Assembly: GCF_006345805.1 (NCBI RefSeq)
Contig: NC_043014.1
Coordinates: 40,052,001-40,116,000 of the forward strand
Direction of reading: 5' to 3'
From: Octopus sinensis
Taxonomy: Eukaryota
DNA: 64,000 bases
Shown: positions 1 to 13,600 of the stretch, piece after piece
Layout of the letters: every line of letters starts with the position of its first letter
Position numbering within the stretch: position 1 is the first letter of the stretch
Translations under genes and position numbers: made by a program
Notes under the pieces: model-generated
What the model saw: only the letters and a program-made list of their open reading frames with translations
Database searches by the model: none
Told to the model about the DNA's origin: nothing

Positions 1-440
1 AAGCTAGATGCAGTGTGGCCAAATGGTCAAGGAGTTTGTTGTGCAATCAGAAAGTCCTGGATTTGATCACATTTCTTGGCATCTTAGGTGAATATTTTAT
101 CCCATAGCCTTAGGTCGACCCAATCTGTGGGCAAAAAATGGACTGAAAGCTAGATGCAGTGTGGCCAAATGGTTCAGGAGTTTGCTATGCAATCACAAAG
201 TCCTGGGTTCAGTCTCACTGCTTGGCATCTTAGGTGAATGTTTTATCCCCAAAGCCTTAGGTTGACCCAAGCCTTGGGTGCAAAAATGAATTGAAAGCTA
301 GCTGTAGTGTGGCCAAATGGAGTTTGTTATGCAATCACAAAGTCCTGAATTTGATTTCACATCTTGTATTCTTAGGTGAATGTGTTACTCCATAGCCTTG
401 AGTTGACCAAAGCTTTGCAGGCAAAAATGGACTGAAAGCT
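1..440 (+). repeat. Tandem trimer of a degenerate tRNA-SINE head (about 145-bp unit)
   Basis: aagct(a)gatgcagtgtggccaaatgg restarts at 1, 147, 295, with a junction at 436; A-box-like TGGCCAAATGG, B-box-like GGTTCAGTC. Confidence 0.8.
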
Positions 441-540
441 GTATTTTTAATATAGAATTGTAGGTTACCAAATCATTTAATAAGCATCCATTCCTACTTA
501 GTTTATACTTTAACTGTTGCAGTGTGTTGATACATATACA

Positions 541-968
541 TAACAGGTTTCTTCCAGTTTCCACTTACCAAATCCACTCACAAGACTGATATTTTCCCAC
601 GGCTACTTGTTTTTATGGAAAACTGGAGACAAATGATTTTGCTTGAATGATGGTGATGGTCATTTACAACCATCACATGATGGCTAGACAAGGGTACCCA
701 CACACACACACAAATATACACAACAGGCTTCTTCCAGTTTCCACCTACCAAATCCATTCACAAAAGACACACTCATAAATATACACAACAGGCTTCTCCT
801 AGTTTCCACCTATCAAATCCATTCACCAAACACACGCACGCACACACACACACACACACACACACCACACACACACACACAACACACACTCATAAATATA
901 CACAACAGGCTTCTTCCCGTTTCTACCTATCAAATCCATTCAGAAAACACACACACACACCACACACA

Positions 969-1006
<38 letters not shown>

Positions 1007-1175
1007 TCTCATAAATATACACAACAGGCTCCTACCAGTTTCCACCTACCAAATCCATTCACAAAACAGTGGTCAACCGAGAGTTATAGTAGAAGACACT
1101 TGTCCAAGGTACCGTGTGTTGGAATTGAACCTGAGACCACATGGCTGGGAAGCAAGCTTTTAAGTCACAGCTAAG
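541..1175 (-). repeat. Reverse SINE-A-like remnant with five tandem internal blocks separated by (CA)n
   Basis: acaggcttcttccagtttccacctaccaaatccattcac at about 543, 721, 787, 906, 1024; SINE head complement at 1075-1175. Confidence 0.75.
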
Positions 1176-1282
1176 CCTGTGCTTCTAAGGATTACAACCA
1201 ATCTCTTGCACTTTTATAGTTGTTGTAACTGAAACTACTTTTCCAAAAATCACAATTAATTGCTTTCTTTTCTAATATTTAG

Positions 1283-1404
1283 ACTAAAGCTCTTCGTGTG
1301 TCTACGAGCAGCAGCTCGGCAGAAGAAAAATATCCAATTATATTTGTCGTTCGCCAACAGGAAGGAGTCATTTCTTGGACAGTTCCGTTCTTTTTGGATT
1401 TTAA
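1283..1404 (+). CDS. SIDT1: SIDT exon w1 (extracellular domain)
   Basis: tttag|ACT...TTAA|gtaagt; [40 protein letters not shown]. Confidence 0.92.
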
Positions 1405-1907
1405 GTAAGTATCAAAATCTTTCGTGTTTCTGCCTCAGTAAATTCTGTCCAGCCCATGTAAGCATGGAAAATGATGACGACAACGACAATGTTGATGCTT
1501 TTATTATAACTTTATCCAAATATTTTTTGCAGATATGAATTCTTTCATGTAAGTCGAACACTCTGTCCATTAGACCAAGAGCACCGTGCGAATATCAGTA
1601 AACATCAGAAGATAATTATAGAAGTTTCATCACAGGTTAAGGAGTCATCAGATTTTCTTCTACAAACCTCTATTGTGAAAAATTTCAAACTAAAGTAAGT
1701 GAATTGCATTTATATTGCTTTATAAATTCATACGTACATGTATGCATGTATAGGCACACACACTGATCCACACACATATGCACAAACAAACAAAAGGGAA
1801 CGCAGTGTAAATAACAGACAGAGTCGAGACTACTGAAGAGGTTGCAAGACGCAACGAAAATTTTAGAAAATAAAAATAAGAAATAAGTGGAAATTTTACC
1901 GGTGAGT

Positions 1908-1947
<40 letters not shown>

Positions 1948-2865
1948 ATTTGGCTCAAAAGCAAATAGCAAGGCCATGTAGGGGGACATGGAGTTAAGTA
2001 CAGGGTGGTGTTCATGTAAAGAGTTCAGGCCACTTGAGGTCCAGGGAGGCTTTGAACAAAGCGGTCGTCGGCATCTTCACCATCTCGTCTGGCAGCTTGT
2101 TCCACGGATCCGCAACCCGGACGGAGAAAGCTCCTCTCCTTCGATTGAGATGAAATCGTCGCAGGTAGAGCTTTTCGGAATGACCCCACAGCCGACGCTC
2201 TGGAGCAGGAGTGAAGAACAGCTCTTTCGAGAGGTTACACTTTCCGCTTATGATGTTGTGGGCGAGAATGAGATCACCACGGCGGCGGCGTTTTTCAAGA
2301 GAATAAAGGTCGAGCGTCCTCAGCCTGTTAAATAATAAGGCACTAAAAGAGAATGACTCTCCCCAGACACAACAGAATATAAATTCTAACTTACCTTAGA
2401 AGTTCTAACTTAACTTGGAAATATTGATACTATCTTTGGGTCAGTTAATAGCAATTTATTTTTGTTTTCCTATTTCAGATTATCAATGACGTGCTACACA
2501 ACATAATCAGCACTGATTTTTATCGCATACTAGAAGATAAATTTTCTAATACTAATATTTAACCTTTTAGCATTAAAACTGGTCACATCTGGCCTAAATA
2601 TTCTACCTGTTTTATGTTCAAACTGGCCAGATCAGGCCTCTTACGCCTATCCTACAATGTCGTTCTAAAAATAAATGGTTGCATATAGGCGCAGGAGTGG
2701 CTGTGTGGTAAGTAGCTTGTTAACCAACCACATGGTTCCGGGTTCAGTCCCACTGCGTGGCACCTTGGGCAAGTGTCTTCTACTATAGCCTCGGGCCGAC
2801 CAAAGCCTTGTGAGTGGATTTGGTAGACGGAAACTGAAAGAAGCCTGTCGTATATATGTATATAT

Positions 2866-2919
<54 letters not shown>

Positions 2920-3797
2920 TGTGTGTGTTTGTGTGTCTGTGTTTGTCCCCCTAGCATTGCTTGACAACTGATGCTGGTGTGTTTATGTCCCTGTTACTTA
3001 GCGGTTCGGCAAAAGAGACCGATAGAATAAGTACTGGGCTTACAAAAGAATAAGTCCCGGGGTCGAGTTGCTCGATTAAAGGCGGTGCTCCAGCATGGCC
3101 GCAGTCAAATGACTGAAACAAGTAAAAGAGTAAAAAGAGTAAAAAGAGCATTATCGAAATCTCAAAGGCTACTAGTTAATACATGATTAAATCAAAACAA
3201 TATGAATAAATAAGTATTTCATTTGACAGAGTAATCTGAATGCTAAAGAGTAACGAAGCCTTAATTTTGGCATTAAATAGATGAAGGATATCTAAGATTG
3301 ATTTTTCAGCTTTTGTTAATGAGAGAGAGAGAGAGAGAGAATGAGGTAGTAAATATCTAACTCTGTTATTATATTTTATAGGCTTGATGTTGAGAAACAG
3401 GTTACAGTAACCCCTGCAGAGCCCCTATATTACATGTTTACCTTCCCAGATAATGTAGAATCAGTTGTTGTAACAGGACAATCAAATGATACCAGCTGTA
3501 TGACGATATCAATTCAAGATATTAAGGTATGTATCTTAGCTATTATCTTAGCCATTGTAGCCTGTTGTTTTCATCTCTCTCACATTTGCATGAATATATC
3601 TTTACAAACTCATATTCCATTTCACATACATACATGTATATATATTATCTGAAGTGTTCAGTATTATATATACCCCTTACAACTGATCTTACCAATCAGT
3701 TTCATGCTAGGGGTACAACGAAGTGTTAGGTAACAATCTGATTATATAACCTTATACTCATCAGAGGCAGCTGATATGGAATGAAATATAGCAACTG

Positions 3798-3840
<43 letters not shown>

Positions 3841-4866
3841 CATACATACACACACATATGTTCACTCAGTTCACTCAGTTGTAGAAATGAGTTGCGATGT
3901 CACAGGTGCCAAGCTGTATCAGCCGTTGCCTTTCCCTTGGATAACACTGGTGGTGTGGAGAGGGGAGGCCGGTACGTATGGGCGACTGCTGGTCTTCCAT
4001 AAACAACCTTGCCCGGACTTGTGCCTGGGAGGGTAACTTTCTAGGTGCAATCCCACGGTCGGTCATGACCGAAGGAGGTCTCAGCAGCAGCAAACACACA
4101 TACATACGTACATACATACATATATATGTACATATGTATGTAAACATACTTACACGCATGCACTCACACACACGCACACATATCAGTATAGGCAAGCTAT
4201 ATGCTTCAGAGGTTTGCTTTCCAACCATGTGACTTTAGGTTCAGTTCCAAAGTGTGGAAAGTGTTTTCTATTATAGCCCTGGGTGAATCAAAGCTTTGTG
4301 AGTAGATTTGCAGATGGAAACTGAAAGAAGCCTCTTGTGTGTGTGTATGTGTGGGTGTGTGTAGGTATGTGTGTGTGTGGGTGGGTGTTGTGTGTAACCC
4401 TGTCTTGATGCCATGTGATAATTGCAAAGGAGATTCACCATCATATAAGCAATATCGCTTGTTTCTAGTCTTTCATGAAAAATATGTCTAACTAAGGGGA
4501 AATATTGCCTTATTTGGAAACAGGTGAGGATTGGTGACAGGAACAGCATCTGGCTGTAGGAATTCTGCCTCAATAAATTCCTTTGACTCATGTAAGCATG
4601 GAAAAAGTGGATGTTAAATGAGAATGATAGTGGTGATGATGATACTTGTATGTATGTGTGTTTGCGTGAGTTCATATTTCTCTTGTCTTTAATGTGGCAA
4701 GCTGGCAAGGAGTGGCTGTGTGGTAAGTAGCTTGCTGATGAACCACATGGTTCCGGGTTCAGTCCCACTGCGTGGCATCTTGGGCAAGTGTTTCTACTCT
4801 AGCCTTGGGCCGACCAAAACCTTGCGAGTGGATTTGGTTGATGGAAACTGAAAGAAGCCTGTTGTA

Positions 4867-4897
<31 letters not shown>

Positions 4898-7591
4898 TTA
4901 TGTGTGTGTATATGTTTGTGTGTCTGTGTTTGTCCCCCCAACATCACTTGACAACCGATGCTGGTGTGTTTATGTCCCCGTAACTTAGCGGTTTGGCAAA
5001 AGAGACCGATAGAATAAGTACTAGGCTTACAAAGAATGAGTCCTGGGGTCGATCTGGTTGACTAAAGGCAGTGCTCCAGCATGGCCACAGTCAAATGACT
5101 GAAACAAGTAAAAGAGTGAAAGAGTATGCCGGGTAATATGCTTTGCATTATTTTGTCAATCTTTACGTTCTGAGTTCAAATTCCTCCAAGGTCAACTTTG
5201 CCATTTATCCTGTGGAAGATGTAATTGACTAACTCCTTCCTCCAAAAATTCCAGGCCTTGTGCCTATAGCAGAAAGGGTTTTTCCGTTGGTTTCACATGT
5301 CTTCAATGGTTGTAATACAAGCCTTGCTGATGGTATTGTTTTTCTTGTAGTCCACTGCAAAAGCTTGTCCTTATATGTTACACAATCTGTGTAAACAAAA
5401 GGCTCATTCATATGGTCGTTTGTTTCAACTTCTCTTTGTGAACATGTCTGGGCTGTTTCTTGTTTGAAAACACCACTTAGTGTGTAGAGTATCATTGGCA
5501 GAGATCACTTTGTTATAAGCATTTAGGGCAGCTCTTTGGTTTGAGGATATCTTCTTCCCTCCTTTCAAAAAGTCTTGGAGGGTCAGTAAAGTGTAATGAG
5601 CATTGCCTTCCTAACTGAAAAAGAAAAAAAGAAAAGAAAAAAAGAAAAATTGGTCTTCTACTTACTTAAGATGCTAATGTGGGATTGAACCTGAAACCAT
5701 ATGGTTGAGACATAAACTTCTTAACCACAAAGCCCTGAAATCATTACATAACATACTATTCATTATACACTTAACATTATTGAGAAGTAAACTACAATCT
5801 TTGTATAACTTACTTAATTAAATTTTATTGACTTAATTAACTTAATTAAATTTTATTAATTTAATTAACTTACTTAATTAAATTTTATTTTGAAACACAT
5901 TGTTGTCATTATTAATTTTCTTTAAGGTGGTGAACTGGTAGAATCGTTAGCACGCCAGGCAAAATGCTTAGTGGAATTTTGTCTGTCTTTACGTTCTGAG
6001 TTCAAATTCTGCTGAGGTCGACTTTGCCTTTCATCCTTTTGGGGTTGGTAAATTAAGTACCAAAATTTTAGACCTTGTGCCCATAGTAGAAAGGATTATT
6101 AATTTTCTTTGTTTTCTTTTTGTAGTGTCCAATTTATGATCTGGACAGGAACATCCGTTTCCATGGTAAATTTCAAACAATGAGTAAAAATTCTGCTATT
6201 GTAGTCCAGGTAAGATATATTTATTTCATGTTGCTCTAGTCCACTCAGCTGGCAAAAATGAATAGGACCTGTATTTCAAAGGGCCAGTCTTGTTGCATTC
6301 TTTGTTACACTGAATTTTCCTGAGAACTATGTTAAGGATACCATAAATCCTCGAGTATAGTCCACCCTTGAGTATAATACGCAGGGGATTTTTAGGGGGC
6401 TGTACCACTGGAAAACCTAAACCTTGTGTATAATACGCACCCCTTCTCTAACTTGAGTCATGCGTTATTAAGCTAGCAGCACCTAGTCGAACAAACACTT
6501 CCGTGCACGCGTAATACAATAATGGTGATGTTCTTAACTGTTATATGGGAATGTAAATATGTTTGCAAATTGTTTTTGTTACATGTTATTCTGTGTTCTG
6601 AATACTTTTATTATAGTGTGTTGCTTACTGCAAGTTATGGATGATCCATTTATGACTTCATTACTTTCAGGCTTAGTTTAAGGTATTTTCACGCCCGACA
6701 TCACAAAATGCGCCTGAATAAACATTGCCAGACAGCAAATAGAGACACGGACATTGCTTAGAAAATATTTTTCATTTTTAACCCCGTATATAGTACGCAC
6801 TAGGGATTTTGACCTTTAAATTGGGAGTGCTCAGCCATTTCTACGTTAATTTAACGAGCAGGCTGTTCCGTTGATCGGATCAACTGGAACCCTCATCATA
6901 ACCAATGGAGTGCCTGTCACATGTGACAGAATATTCTGAATGCTAGTGGGTTAAAGTAATCCAAATTAAAACCTTCATCAAAATTTCATGTTAATTTATG
7001 TTCCAAACACTAGCTTAATTAAGGATATTCTTCATTATTTTCAAAATTATTGAAACAAAAGCACTGTTTTTCAAATGAATTTGATTACTAAAATATTAAA
7101 GAACTGATCTTCAAAATTTTATTTATTGCAGAAAAATCTTTACAGTCAGAATGCATTCTATGTTGTGTTGGTTTTAATGCTGAATAACTTAAAATGTTCT
7201 GCTTCTGATTCTGAGAAAGTGTTCCCGATGGGATCGGTTCGGACAAAAGATGTGACAATACTTGTCGAGGAAACAATATCAGGTAAGAGGGTATTGTAGT
7301 TTGCTGGAAGCATTGTGCATTGTTTGTGAAATGTAACATATCTGGAATGGTACGACAATGCAGAGTAGACTATGATAACTGTTATAAATAATTTAGTTAT
7401 TCATAATCTAATATAATATTTTTGAATAGGCGCAGGAGTGGCTGTGTGGTAAGTAGCTTGCTTACGAACCATGTGGTTCCGGGTTCAGTCCCACTGCGTG
7501 GCACCTTGGGCAAATGTCTTCTATTATAGCCTCGGGCCGACCAAAGCCTTATGAGTGGATTTGGTAGACAGAAACTGAAAGAAGCCCGTCG

Positions 7592-7664
<73 letters not shown>

Positions 7665-10600
7665 TTGTGTGTCTGTGTTTGTCCCCCTAGCATTGCTTGA
7701 CAACCGATGCTGGTGTGTTTATGTTCCCGTCACCTAGCAGTTCGGCAAAAGAGACCGATAGAATAAGTACTGGGCTTACAAAGAATAAGTCCCGGGGTCA
7801 AGTTGCTCGATTAAAGGCAGTGCTCCAGCATGGCCGCAGTCAAATGACTGAAACAAGTAAAAGAATAAAAAGAAAAAGAAAAGAGTAATATAAAAATTCC
7901 TTTTTCAGATATTGCTAGAAATTAATGGAGTTTCTGTTATAGTCGGTTTTCCAATGGTTACTGAAATTTGTTGGAAGCATCCCTATAGTGGTCTCATGAA
8001 GCTCTTTCCGTATGCACGTATAATACATAACTTGGAAGCAGTGCTGCTGGTATGCCAACACACAGGAGCTCGAGACATGACCACCTCACACACTTCTCAT
8101 GAGGAATTCTGGAAGGAGCTTTGCGAGACCACTGCAGGGACACTTCCGACAAATTTCAGTAACCGTTGGAAAACGACTCCTTTAATTCCTAGCAATATCT
8201 GAAGAAGGTATTTTTATATTCTGAAATAGGCGCAGGAGTGGCTGTGTGGTAAGTAGCTTGCTAACCAACCACATGGTTCCGGGTTCAGTCCCACTGTGTG
8301 GCATCTTGGGCAAGTGTCTTCTGCTATAGCCTTGAGCCGACCAATGCCTTGTGAGTGGATTTGGTAGACGGAAACTGAAAGAAGCCTTCGTATATATGTA
8401 TATGTATATATATATGTATGTGTGTGTATATGTTGTGTGTCTGTGTTTGTCCCCCTAGCATTGCTTGACAACCGATGCTGGTGTGTTTATGTTCCCGTCA
8501 CCTAGCAGTTCGGCAAAAGAGACCGATAGAATAAGTACTGGGCTTACAAAGAATAAGTCCCGGGGTCAAGTTGCTCGATTAAAGGCAGTGCTCCAGCATG
8601 GCCGCAGTCAAATGACTGAAACAAGTAAAAGAATAAAAAGAAAAAGAAAAGAGTAATATAAAAATTCCTTTTTCAGATATTGCTAGAAATTAATGGAGTT
8701 TCTGTTATAGTCGGTTTTCCAATGGTTACTGAAATTTGTTGGAAGCATCCCTATAGTGGTCTCATGAAGCTCTTTCCGTATGCACGTATAATACATAACT
8801 TGGAAGCAGTGCTGCTGGTATGCCAACACACAGGAGCTCGAGACATGACCACCCTCACACACTTCTCATGAGGAATTCTGGAAGGAGCTTTGCGAGACCA
8901 CTGCAGGGACACTTCCGACAAATTTCAGTAACCGTTGGAAAACGACTCCTTTAATTCCTAGCAATATCTGAAGAAGGTATTTTTATATTCTGAAATAGGC
9001 GCAGGAGTGGCTGTGTGGTAAGTAGCTTGCTAACCAACCACATGGTTCCGGGTTCAGTCCCACTGTGTGGCATCTTGGGCAAGTGTCTTCTGCTATAGCC
9101 TTGAGCCGACCAATGCCTTGTGAGTGGATTTGGTAGACGGAAACTGAAAGAAGCCTGTCGTATATATGTATATGTATATATATATGTATGTGTGTGTATA
9201 TGTTTGTGTGTCTGTTTGTCCGTCTAGCATTACTTGATAACCGATGCTGGTGTGTTTACGTCCCCGTCACTTAGTGGTTCAGCAAAAGAGACCGATAGAA
9301 TAAGTACTAGGCTTACAAAGAATAAGTCCTGGGGTCGATTTGCTCAACTAAAGGTGGTGCTCCAGCATGGCCGCAGTCAAATGACTGAAACAAGTAAAAG
9401 AGTGAAAGAGTATATTAGTCTATGGATAATTATACTATTTATAACAGTTATTATAGTCAACTCTGCACTGTTGTGCCATTCCAGACACGTTACATTTCAT
9501 AATATCAGGTAAATTGTATAACATACATTAGCATTTTTAATAAACTGGATTGGTCAAAAATTAAAAACCTTAAAAAAAAATCATCTCTAATATTATCTAA
9601 AATTATTTCGTTTTTGGATTTGGTTTGCAAGATTCTTTATATGAGTTCGTGTGTTGAAGCATATTCTGTTGTGTCTGGGGAGAGTCATTTTCTTTTTGTG
9701 CCTTATAATGTAACACACTTTGGAAAGGTTGCGAGACGCAACGAAAATTTTAGGAAAATAAAAATAAGAAATAAGTGGAAATTTTACCGGTGAGAGTGTT
9801 AAATTATAAGGCACAAAAAGAAAATGACTCTCCCGAGACACAACAGAATATCTAAAATTAATTCTAAATGAATGGTTAAAATGTATTTATGGTATATCTT
9901 TACAATATCTCTGTTCATACTTTCTCTTTGCTTTCTTCTTTCTTTCTATTTTTTTCTTCCTTTCTTTTTTACTTTATTCTTTCTTCCTCTTTATGTAATT
10001 TGCGACACCCCCTCCTTGAATCCACTTCTGTATGGCATGGCTTCTGTAGATGCAGTAAAGACAACTTACTTAGTCAATCTGGACACTTTGAATTGTAAAT
10101 GACTAAAATAGAGTTAATATGATACCTTAAGAGCTGTTGCTTTGTGGCCCTTTATGACATTTTCTTTTGCCTAGGCAAATAAAAATTAAGCTAGTGGGTT
10201 GTCCGGAAAGTTCATGCCGATTTATAGTAGCTTACCTTTCGACTTATTTATTTTAGAACATGGTTGAGTCCATAAAATAGGATTTGACTACACCTCCATT
10301 TAGAGCACAGTTTAAGCTATCTTTTCATGGAAGAAGGTTTATGTACCTATAACCTGTGTTAATTTTGTAACCCTTTAAAATGGAAGATAAGAAAGTTCCT
10401 TTTCGGCACTTGATGCTTTGGGAACCAGACAAAAATTGCTGCAGCTCAGCTGGGATGTGTTACCCCACCCTCCATATTCACCAGATATTGCTCCTTCAGA
10501 TTTCCACTTATTCAGGTCTCTGCAGAATAGTCTTAATGGTAAAAATTTCAATTCCTTGGATGACGTAAAAAGATACTTTGATGAATTCTTTGCCATGAAA

Positions 10601-13600
10601 CCACATCAATTCTGGGAAGAGGGTATTTTCAAGTTAAAGGAGCAATTTTTGTCTGGTTCCCAAAGCATCAAGTGCCAAAAATGAACTTTCTTATCTTCCA
10701 TTTTAAAGGGTTACAGAATTAACACAGATTATAGGAACATAAACCTTCTTCCATGAAAAGATAGCTTAAACTGCGCTCTAAATGGAGGTGTAGTCAATAT
10801 CCTATTTTATGGACTCAACCATGTTCTAAAATAAGTCGAAAGGTAAGCTACTATAAATCGGCACAAACTTTCAGGACAACCCAATAATTGACTAACCCCC
10901 CCCCCACTAGAATTGTTGACCTTATGCCAAAATTGGAAATCATTAAGTACTCAGAATAATTATCTTAGAATATTTTGTTTAAACTCTTTGACTTGTAATG
11001 TAATTTTTATCAATTAATTCTTAGTTTACATCATTGTTTACTGGTTTTTTATGATTTGTTTTTTTTAGTTGCACACTACTCCACGGCTATTATAGCATCT
11101 GTTGGACTTTTCCTTAGTTTTTACATTGTTGCTGGTCTTGCATTGTTAATATATAACAAATGGTAAGAATAAATATTTTTTTCTCTTTTTTAAATTGTAC
11201 TAAATATTAAAGTTGTCCTTTTAAAGTTGATAAATTAAACTACTAGCCCATGTTGCTTGCTTTTCTGAGTTGGATCCTGTGTACCATGTTCTCTTCTTTG
11301 AGGATCTATCTGGGGTGGTGGCTTGTGTTAGTCGGCCACATGACCATGAGGCATGCAAAAGTTAGTAAAGGTAAGGTTACCTTCTCAAGTCATGCTGACT
11401 CACAAGGGCTGTTTTCCTGGTTTCGTGGTGTATAAATTCCCTACTTGGATGGGGCGCTGGTCTGTTGTAGGTTTACTCAGTTTTACCAGCTGAGTGAACT
11501 GGAGAGACATGAAATGAAGTGTTTTGCTCAAGAACACAATGCATTGCCCAGTCCAAGAATTGAAACCACAATCTTACGATCATGAGTTCAACACCCTAAC
11601 CACTAAGCCACACACCTCAACCATGTGGCATGTAGCCAATGAGAAAGTATTTACAAAGATGGGAACTGACTGGTGCATATCTTGAAGGGGTTGCCCAGCA
11701 CAACCTGAGAAGGTACTGACAAATGGTGGATGCAACAATGCATTGTTAAGTTAAGTTAATTTTTGGGCTCAAAAAGCAAAAGCAAGGCCATGTAGGGAGA
11801 CATGGAGTTATGTACAGGGAGGGTGTTCATGCAAAGAGTTCAGGCCATTTCTGGTCTAGAGAGTCTTTGACCTGAGCGGTCATTGACATTTTCACTATCT
11901 TGTCCGGCAGTTTATTCCATGGATCCGCAACCTGGACAGAGAAAGCCCCTCTCCTTCGATTGAGATGAAATCGTTGCAGATAGAGCTTTTTGGAGTGACC
12001 CTGCAGCTGACGCTCTGGAGCAGGAGTGAACAACAGCTCTTTCGAGAGGTTGTACTTTCCGCTTATGATGTTGTGAGTGAGAATGAGATCAGCACGACGG
12101 CGGCGTTTTTCTAGAGAATAAAGGTCGAGCGTTTTCAGCCTTTCTTCATAAGACAAATGCTTGAGACCAAGAACCATGCGGGTAGCCAGTTTCTGGACTC
12201 TTTCGAGATGATGTATGTCTTTGAGGAGATAAGGAGAAGAGGCTTGAATCCCGTACTCCAATATGGGTCTCACCAGCATGACATAGAGTGGTAGGAATAT
12301 GGCTGCTGTGAGCATTTCGAATGACTGTCGAATCAAGAACAGAACTCCGCATTGCAATGGTGCATGGTGCACCACCTGATCTCATATGCAACAAATGGTG
12401 TAAATTTTTGTATTTGAAAGGCTGTGAATTGATTATTATACATTGTAAATATATTTGAATTCTCTATAGCATTACTTTAAAATATATTATGCAGCTGTTG
12501 TGAAGGCACATGGCTTAGTGCTTAGGATATTCAGCTTACAATTATAAGGTCGTGAGTTCAATTCCCAGTGATGCATTGTGTCCTTGAGCAAGACACTTTA
12601 TTCCATGTTGCTCCAGTCCACTCAGCTGGCAAAAAAGAGTAGTACCTGTATTTCAAAGGGCCAGTCTTGTTACATTTTGTGTCATGCTGAATCTCCCTGA
12701 TAACTACTTTAAGGGTACATGTGTTTGTGTAGTGCCCAGCCATATGCATGTTAATTTCATGAGCAGTTGTAGGCATAGGAGTGGCTGTGTGGTAAGTAGC
12801 TTGCTTACGAGCCACATGGTTCTGGGTTCAGTCCACTGCGTGGCACCTTGGGCAAGTGTCTTCTACTATAGCCTCGGGCCAACCAAAGCCTTGTGAGTGG
12901 ATTTGGTAAGCGGAAACTGAAAGAAGACTGTTGTATATATGTATGTGTGTGTGTCTGTGTGTCTGTCTCTCTGTCTTTGTCCCCCCCAACATCGCTTGAC
13001 AACCGATGCTGGTGTATTTACGTCCCTGTATCTTAGCGGTTCTGCAAAAGAGACCGATAGAATAAGTACTAGGCTTACAAAGAATAATTCCTGGGGTTGA
13101 TTTGCTCGACTAAAGGTGGTGCTCCAGCATGGCCACAGTCAAATGACTGAAACAAGTAAAAGAGTCTGTTCCATTGATTGGATCAACTGGAACCCTCATT
13201 GTCATAATCGACAAAATGCCAATTAGGTATTATGCAGCTCATTTACATTCAATTTTTCAAACTACTTTTAATAATATGAAATATTTATAGGAGAGATACT
13301 CTCAGCTGATTCGTTATCAGTCTTCATATATAACCACTCCATCATTTTCAAAACTTGAAATACTTAAAATCTTGATCTTCAATTCTGAATGTTTCTGATT
13401 TTCTTTTTTTCTTTTTTTTTTGCAGTGATAAAAAACCTGAATTCCCAGAAATAAGTGAATTAGAACGAGGTATTTATCCATTTTGATAACCATTTATAAC
13501 TTTATAAAAGTATTTTGGAAAGTTCTCTTGTAATGTAATGAATTATCTTGTTAACTGAGCAAAAAGTTTTGCTACAAGGCAATCGTTTTGTAGAAATTTT

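Noticed and set aside
2479-2545. Candidate exon after tatttcag at 2478
   Set aside because: Stop in the required frame, no good donor; w2 joins w3 in phase with continuous SIDT similarity.
7912-8202. 96-aa ORF (and its duplicate at 8680) as a gene or SIDT exon
   Set aside because: Lies within a palindromic MITE; no SIDT similarity; w5 joins w6 in phase without it.
10418-10684. Functional mariner transposase (also 27086-27334, 49150-49465)
   Set aside because: Only the first about 14 codons and the C-terminal about 90 codons remain, joined out of frame; the DNA-binding domain and first two catalytic Asp regions are deleted.
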